Below are positions 58,701 through 64,000 of a stretch of DNA of 64,000 bases, piece after piece (position 1 is the stretch's first letter; every line of letters begins with the position of its first letter). The translations under genes were made by a program, and so were the position numbers. Source of the stretch: Dudresnaya verticillata (lineage: Eukaryota); assembly GCA_977862235.1 (NCBI GenBank), contig OZ374558.1, positions 62,001 through 126,000 of the forward strand. The letters run 5' to 3'. Under the pieces are notes generated by a model. The model ran no database searches. It saw only the letters and a program-made list of their open reading frames with translations, and was not told where the DNA came from.

Positions 58701-61700
58701 CTCATGGTTGAGAAAATCATTCTCAGCCAAGCAGTGCTTGTAGCGGCCGTCATTGGGAAGGCCCATGTTCGAACAGGCTTCCGCCCTGAGTTTATAGAAT
58801 AGCCCAAGTGGTACGAGAGGTTGCGCCGCGTAGCGGGTAGCCATGGGATATCTTTTCCAGGCCTGCGTGGCAGATGCATACCTTGAAAGTGTCACAGTTT
58901 CTCGCAATTCAGCAGGACGTCGTCCTGAACCACATTCTTGTTCCCCTTCCGATGCGATGAATGTTTCTCAGAAAGCGGGATTGTAATCAGCAGCAGGGGG
59001 TGCGGCAGTGATGGAATCACAGCTGGATGAATCTCGCTCTTTGTGTTCATCTGCATATTCTGCGCCAGTTTGACATTCTTATGCGCCGTCATCCTCCTTC
59101 CAGAGGCTATAGACGCATACTCTGGCCAGAGACTGATGGTTCACAACAATGCCAAACCTACACAGAATATGGCGCGTCGCTTCTCGAACAGCCGATGGGT
59201 ACTCATGCCGTAGCGTATCCAATGCTTCTTGCTGCCCCAGTCTTCTCGAAATCCGTTCGATCGCTTCTGCTTCTTCCTCACCCAGCCGTTCGCGAATAAG
59301 CTCCCAACGACTTGCTCCCAAGACCCGTGACTTGCCGAATCAATCCTACAATTATTGAGCGCCCGAAAGCTTCTTCGCGCGCCGCGGATCGCGGCCATCT
59401 CCGAGGAGTTGGGACAATAGTGCTCAACCAAACGAACCATCCATACTGCGGCTCTCTTGTGAACGCTGCGCCGCGCCGAACGTCTTCTGGGACATCAGTA
59501 ACACATCTCAGCAACATCTCATCGAAAGTGTCTATTGCGAAGTTGTTCATTGCAGGCTCGTACAGCGACACCGCTCCAAGTGACGGCCCTCCGCCGGAAG
59601 AAGCGCCAAATTGCTGAGTTCGCCTCGCCCTCTGCGACGGACCGCTCAGCGGCGCGGGGACCATCGTTGGCGACGCCGTGTCCGCGCCGAAGGAGAAGCC
59701 CTGAATTGCCTATGACCTTCGCATGCGCGTACTCCGCGACGGCGCGCTCCTACAGGGCGCGCGGCAGCCCGTCTTTCACAAAAGGTCCCGTCCGATATCC
59801 AGACGCAGCGCGAGATTGCAGAGCGAGCGTCCATACGGATCTTGCAATCTGGCCTCGCTCGAGCAGCGCTTGCGCGCGGCGCCCATCCTTGCGTACGCGC
59901 TTGGCCCCTTCAAGTAATCGCTTTGCAAGACCATACCGCGCTTCGTCATGGTCTCCCTCGTCATGGCCTCCCTCGCCAATCGCTCGCTCGAACAAGGCGA
60001 CGGCTTGCAAAGGTAGAACGAGCCCTACATCTGATGCGACCCAGTAGACGAAGGCCAGCGCGGTCATGCGGCGGAAGTCGGCACGGTCGTTGGTTGGTCG
60101 ACAAAGCCGAGGCGCTGGCGTTGCGGCGTGGTGTCCATGTCGGCAGGAGCGGGTGGTGAAGCGCGGTTGGAAACGGTTCGTCGTTTGGACATATGTGTCG
60201 CTCCTGCTCCGGGCCGGGACTCAGTTGTCCCGCGGAACGTGCAAGGAGGCGAGTATGTCACAGAGTTGTACATGGGACGCCATTGCAGCGCTCGACATAT
60301 CCAGGGGCCACCTGTAGGTTTGCACTTGATGGAAGAGCAAATATTACCGAGGGACGCAGAGGGCTTCTGAATCTCACGCGCAAACCTTCAAGCCTAAACA
60401 AAGAATGTTTCGGACTGCTGTTACGGACTACTTAGGTGCAGGCTCGTGCGCACGATACTGCCCTCATCTTGACAAGGAAATGACCCTTGCGGTATTGTTG
60501 AAGCTCCACGGTTGTTCTCGGCCTTTCCCTGGACACGATGGGACTGAATGGGCTTTGCGTCCAGCTCGTATGGTGGTGCCTGCATGCGTCTGTAGAAAAT
60601 TGGCGGCGATAAGCTCCGAGGCATTTTGCTTTCGTCCTTCCGTGGCGGCCTCGTCAGAGCATCCTACATTTTGATGTTTCGTCCATAGTTGCAGACAAAC
60701 TCCGGCTGAGTAGGTTTCAGGCAAGGAATTACCAAGTATAGCCATAGGAAGTGGGCAGCCCCCAAGAGAGTACGGGGAGAGCGCAACCTGAAGCCCAGTC
60801 GGTATAATGACACCTTGGCGAGGTGTTGACAGCAAAGCGGACGTTGGCTCTGCCATAGCCGCACCCGTTGAGATTTGCTCCATGCCGGAATCCAGAGAGA
60901 GTGTCGAAAATTGTATCATCCAAGGCAATTGGGGCCCAACATCAATCACGGAAACATTCTGCCCAGCTAATGCCCCTCGCCCTTCCCCTTCCATGCAACG
61001 AGGCGGGGGCGTGGTGTTCTGACCTTGATTAACTCCACCTTGTGCGTATCCAGGCGGTGACCCCGGGGTGGCAAGTTGTTGAAGGACAGCTCATGATTGC
61101 TGCTGAGGAACACACCACCGACAACACCAGTCGGTACAAGGCTAGCGGCCCTTTTGTTGAGCAGCAAGAGGAGAGGAGTAGATGCTGCAGCAGGCGCAAT
61201 CGGATTGCTCGACAACCCTTCCACGCAAGGAGTGGAGCGCGGAAGTTAGCTTCTTAGCAGCGGGGGCGCCATCGGAAGTACTCTACTCGTTCCAGATCTG
61301 AGACGTTATCCGGTGCATGCCAAGATCGCACGTTGGGGGTTCTGGCTGGCACCTTCGCTGCAGAAAACTTGATCCGCTCGCAAATGCACCTGGCCTGCAG
61401 CAGCTGAAGGCGGAGGCTTGAGCGCAGGGCTTTGCTCAGGGGTGTTCATGACTACGTCAGCGAACACCCTTCGCCTTCTTCGAGGTGTGCACACCCGATC
61501 CGCCGCTGAACGTGGGCGCTCCTCCACCTCCTCCGGCGGTGCTCATTCCGTTTTGCGTGGCGACCTGCACAGCAACCATGACCGGGGGGCAGAGTGCTTC
61601 CAAGTCGAGACGATACGCCCGGAAGGCAGGCGGTGGCGGCGGGAAGTAGACGGCGGGATGGACAGCAGGTTGGTAGCGATGGAGTGCACGCGGCGGGTGT

Positions 61701-61817
61701 GTAGGCGGCGGGGCTGAGTTTGCTTGATGGCCTGCAGGCGTCGCGGGCGCGGCCGTGCCGACGACGATTGCAGCAACAGCAGCAGCAGCAGCGGCGCCCA
61801 TGCTGCAGCGACCCTGC

Positions 61818-61818
61818 G

Positions 61819-61853
<35 letters not shown>
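61818..61853 (+). repeat. (CT)n microsatellite in a GC-rich island
   Basis: Read directly from the sequence; a (CAG)n run lies adjacent at about 61771-61792. Confidence 0.85.
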
Positions 61854-62354
61854 GTCCGCCTCTGTCTCACCCCCGCCCTCGCTCTGTCCTTCTCTGCCGG
61901 CCGCGCTGGCCCGCCCGATGCGCGTGGCGCGGGCAAGGCGGGCGGCGCGTCGCTCGGCGCGCGCGTGCGTGCGGCGATTCAGCGCGCATGGCGAGCGACG
62001 GCGGGGCGGAAGCGGCGCGGAGGCAGGAGGGCGGAGGGCGCACTGCGTAAATTAGGGCGGCGGCGCAGCGCAGCAGCGCAAGCAGCTGGCGGATACGGAA
62101 TTGCGGAGAGGGGCGTTCAGCCAATCACAAGCAACCAGAACCAACCACGACCAGCTGTGCACCAATCGTAGCCAGCCATTCTCGGGCACTCACCTTCCAC
62201 CGCGTCACTCCGCCACCGCGATGGCCTTCCATTGGCCGCCAGCTGTCAACCGCAGCCAACCACGGTGGACCGCTGCCCGACCTCTGACCAACCACCAGTC
62301 GACCACGGTTTCTCGGGAGAGGGCGCGGAGCAGAGGGCTTGCACTTGCAGACAA

Positions 62355-62700
62355 GAGCGAGAGACCTTTATTGAAGAACAAGGTAAGCGTTGAGCAAAGT
62401 ATTCAGTAAACTCAGCGAGAGATAGGGTACCTTCTCAGAGCAGGACTACCCAGTGAAGAGCAGATGGGATCTATATCTCCCGCCGCAACCGCTATCTCTG
62501 GGGTGACGATCCGCGCTTGCACAAAGTAAAGACATTCGCACGCTAACGCTCCGCGAACCCAATCGCTCGCACAGGAAGAACGGCAACACCTCGGCGCTGC
62601 AATCGCGCGTCGCGCGCCCGAGGTCAGTTTACCGCCCGTGGCAATGCCGCTCGGACTCGGGCATCGTGCCCAGCGCCCAGGTTGTCTGGTCATGTTCCTA
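62355..62700 (-). mobile_element. Degenerate 3' end of a CRE-like retrotransposon
   Basis: GAGACCTTTATTGAAGAACAAG (62361-62382) nearly matches 57789-57810. The translation GIATGGKLTSGARRAIAA weakly resembles GIDSYGAICAEARQALRA. Confidence 0.45.
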
Positions 62701-63396
62701 CTCGGTGTGGCGACCTCCAGAGACCACCCAAGAAGGTAGTTGGTCTTGTTCTTCGTCCCCCGTAGTCCTCTTCTGACTGACGGTCCCTGGGACTCCCCCT
62801 TGATCAAGAGCCTGTTGCATCGCCTTCCACGCTTGTGTACCGCATGGGACAGGGTGTCCCTTTCACTTTATAGCGCTGAGGAACGGCTTACAATATTCGT
62901 CCACACTGTTGACGAGGAGATGAGGTGCTGGGCCTCACACTATGTAATATCATCACGTACCCTGACCATCTTTAGTGCTTGCTATGTCAATGGCCATGGA
63001 GTCAATTCCATGCTCAGAATCCTACAAACACGGCGATAGTGGGGCTTTTCGACGCGCTCAAGAGCGGTAATGAAACAAGTTGCCTGTAGAAGGTGATAGC
63101 AGGAACTTTTCAGCCAAGCAATATGGAAGCAAACTCGATCGCCGCCCCAGCTACGGTGGAGCTAGTGTTGGTACTGGCTGAGGAAGGGCGTAATTACTGC
63201 GTCGAGAAACAGCATAAGCACCCTGGGACGAAAGATTCCACTCGGCTCCACAACATATTGATTGCACACGGCTCAAACTTGTTTGCAAACAAGAGTATTC
63301 ACTCTATTTATCAAAAAGCTAGTAGCTCAGAGACAAACAGAACACATCGTTACTTTCTAAAACTCACTAGCTTTATCCACTCAATCAAGCCTTTAC

Positions 63397-64000
63397 TCAG
63401 TATGACTGTGCCGGATCCTTCTCTTCTAGTTTTCTCTTCAGCTTCTTGCGGCGTCCGGAAACAATCAGTTCTGCGACTTCAACCACAGCTGTCTGGTCGT
63501 ATTCCATCCGTAGTCCTGCAAGCTTATACCCTAGCGATCTCTTCGCATCCTTCTCTACATCTCCCAGCACGAAAAAGACCTCGGCAGTTCTCTCTAGAGC
63601 CAGAACCTCGTTGCACAACGCCTTGGCTCTCGCGGCATCCTGCGCTACCTCCGATGCTCCCTCACCCAGAACACGAGCAAGTCTCAACTTTGCCTGGGTG
63701 CTCCCCAACGAGGTGGCACACTCCAGGAGGTTGACGGCGCGCTTCTCATCTTTCGAAAAAATGACTTGGGACAGGCGATATGGAGCATCAGGGATCCTTG
63801 TGCCCTCAACGGCACGCTCGAGAAGGGCATTCACCTCGGCTGTATCGCCATTTTGAGAATCAGACTGGTCCTGGATTCCACAAGCCAAATAGTAGCAAGC
63901 TTCTATAATTCCTTTCTCATATGCCGCCTTTCTGAGGAACGTCATGGTTCCCTTCTGCCTCAACACATTCGTTGGCCCTGGACGGAGCATATTTCTGGTC
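63397..64000 (-). CDS. Sel1-like repeat protein, possibly 5'-truncated by the window edge
   Basis: Sel1-like units include KGIIEACYYLA..LLERAVE and DEKRAVNLLECATSLGSTQAKLRLARVLGEGASEVAQDAARAKAL. The frame stays open to the window end. Confidence 0.75.
   Translation of the reverse strand, partial: TRNMLRPGPTNVLRQKGTMTFLRKAAYEKGIIEACYYLACGIQDQSDSQNGDTAEVNALLERAVEGTRIPDAPYRLSQVIFSKDEKRAVNLLECATSLGSTQAKLRLARVLGEGASEVAQDAARAKALCNEVLALERTAEVFFVLGDVEKDAKRSLGYKLAGLRMEYDQTAVVEVAELIVSGRRKKLKRKLEEKDPAQSY

Larger units (their letters stand above)
56740..60138 (-). pseudogene. Decayed paralogue of the Sel1-Roc-COR-TIR gene; Roc deleted, TIR interrupted by retroelements
   Basis: It shares the 5' leader ACCACCCGCTCCTGCCGACATGGA with the 1505 gene. 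Matching peptides are ALAFVYWVASDVGLVLPLQAVALFERAI, the COR block LIRQVTG..RERLGEEEA..YPSAVR..ILCRFGIV, and TIR pieces LFYKLRAEAC..LPNDGRY and EVVETL..YVGVRN..RAAERL. Frameshifts and stops are present. Confidence 0.9.

Noticed and set aside
57832..58907. Apparent TIR-endonuclease fusion on the minus strand
   Set aside because: The TSDs show that the juxtaposition results from nested retroelement insertion into a pseudogene.
60464..61936. Possible minus-strand gene in a GC-rich island, including an RRVFADVVMN D-box-like motif
   Set aside because: I could not build a consistent exon structure or recognise a domain.

Overview
This is eukaryotic, intron-poor genomic DNA. Short GT-AG introns with CTAAC branch points, GC-rich gene islands in a lower-GC background rich in decayed repeats, and Sel1-repeat genes suggest a florideophyte red alga; that assignment is inference only. 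The main feature is an immune-receptor-like gene at 1505-5806: near-identical 111-bp Sel1-like repeats, a Roc-type GTPase, a COR-like region, then a TIR domain in the same frame behind a single TGA. An inverted, decayed paralogue of the whole unit lies at 56740-60138. It has lost the GTPase and its TIR part is interrupted by two nested RLE-type (CRE-like) non-LTR retrotransposon fragments, each with a 12-bp target-site duplication. Other genes are two head-to-head secreted Cys-rich repeat proteins, a small secreted 6-Cys propeptide, a CAP/PR-1-like gene, farnesyl diphosphate synthase, a spliced phosphagen kinase with a GEEDH motif, two tandem-Tudor-like paralogues, a further Sel1 gene at the right edge and several hypothetical proteins. 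Non-coding oddities include a pair of abutting perfect palindromes (58 and 56 bp), MITE-like hairpins and a shared retroelement 3' end signature. About 15.3-48 kb is gene-poor. No rRNA, tRNA or CRISPR array was seen. All domain calls come from motif recognition by eye; no searches were run.
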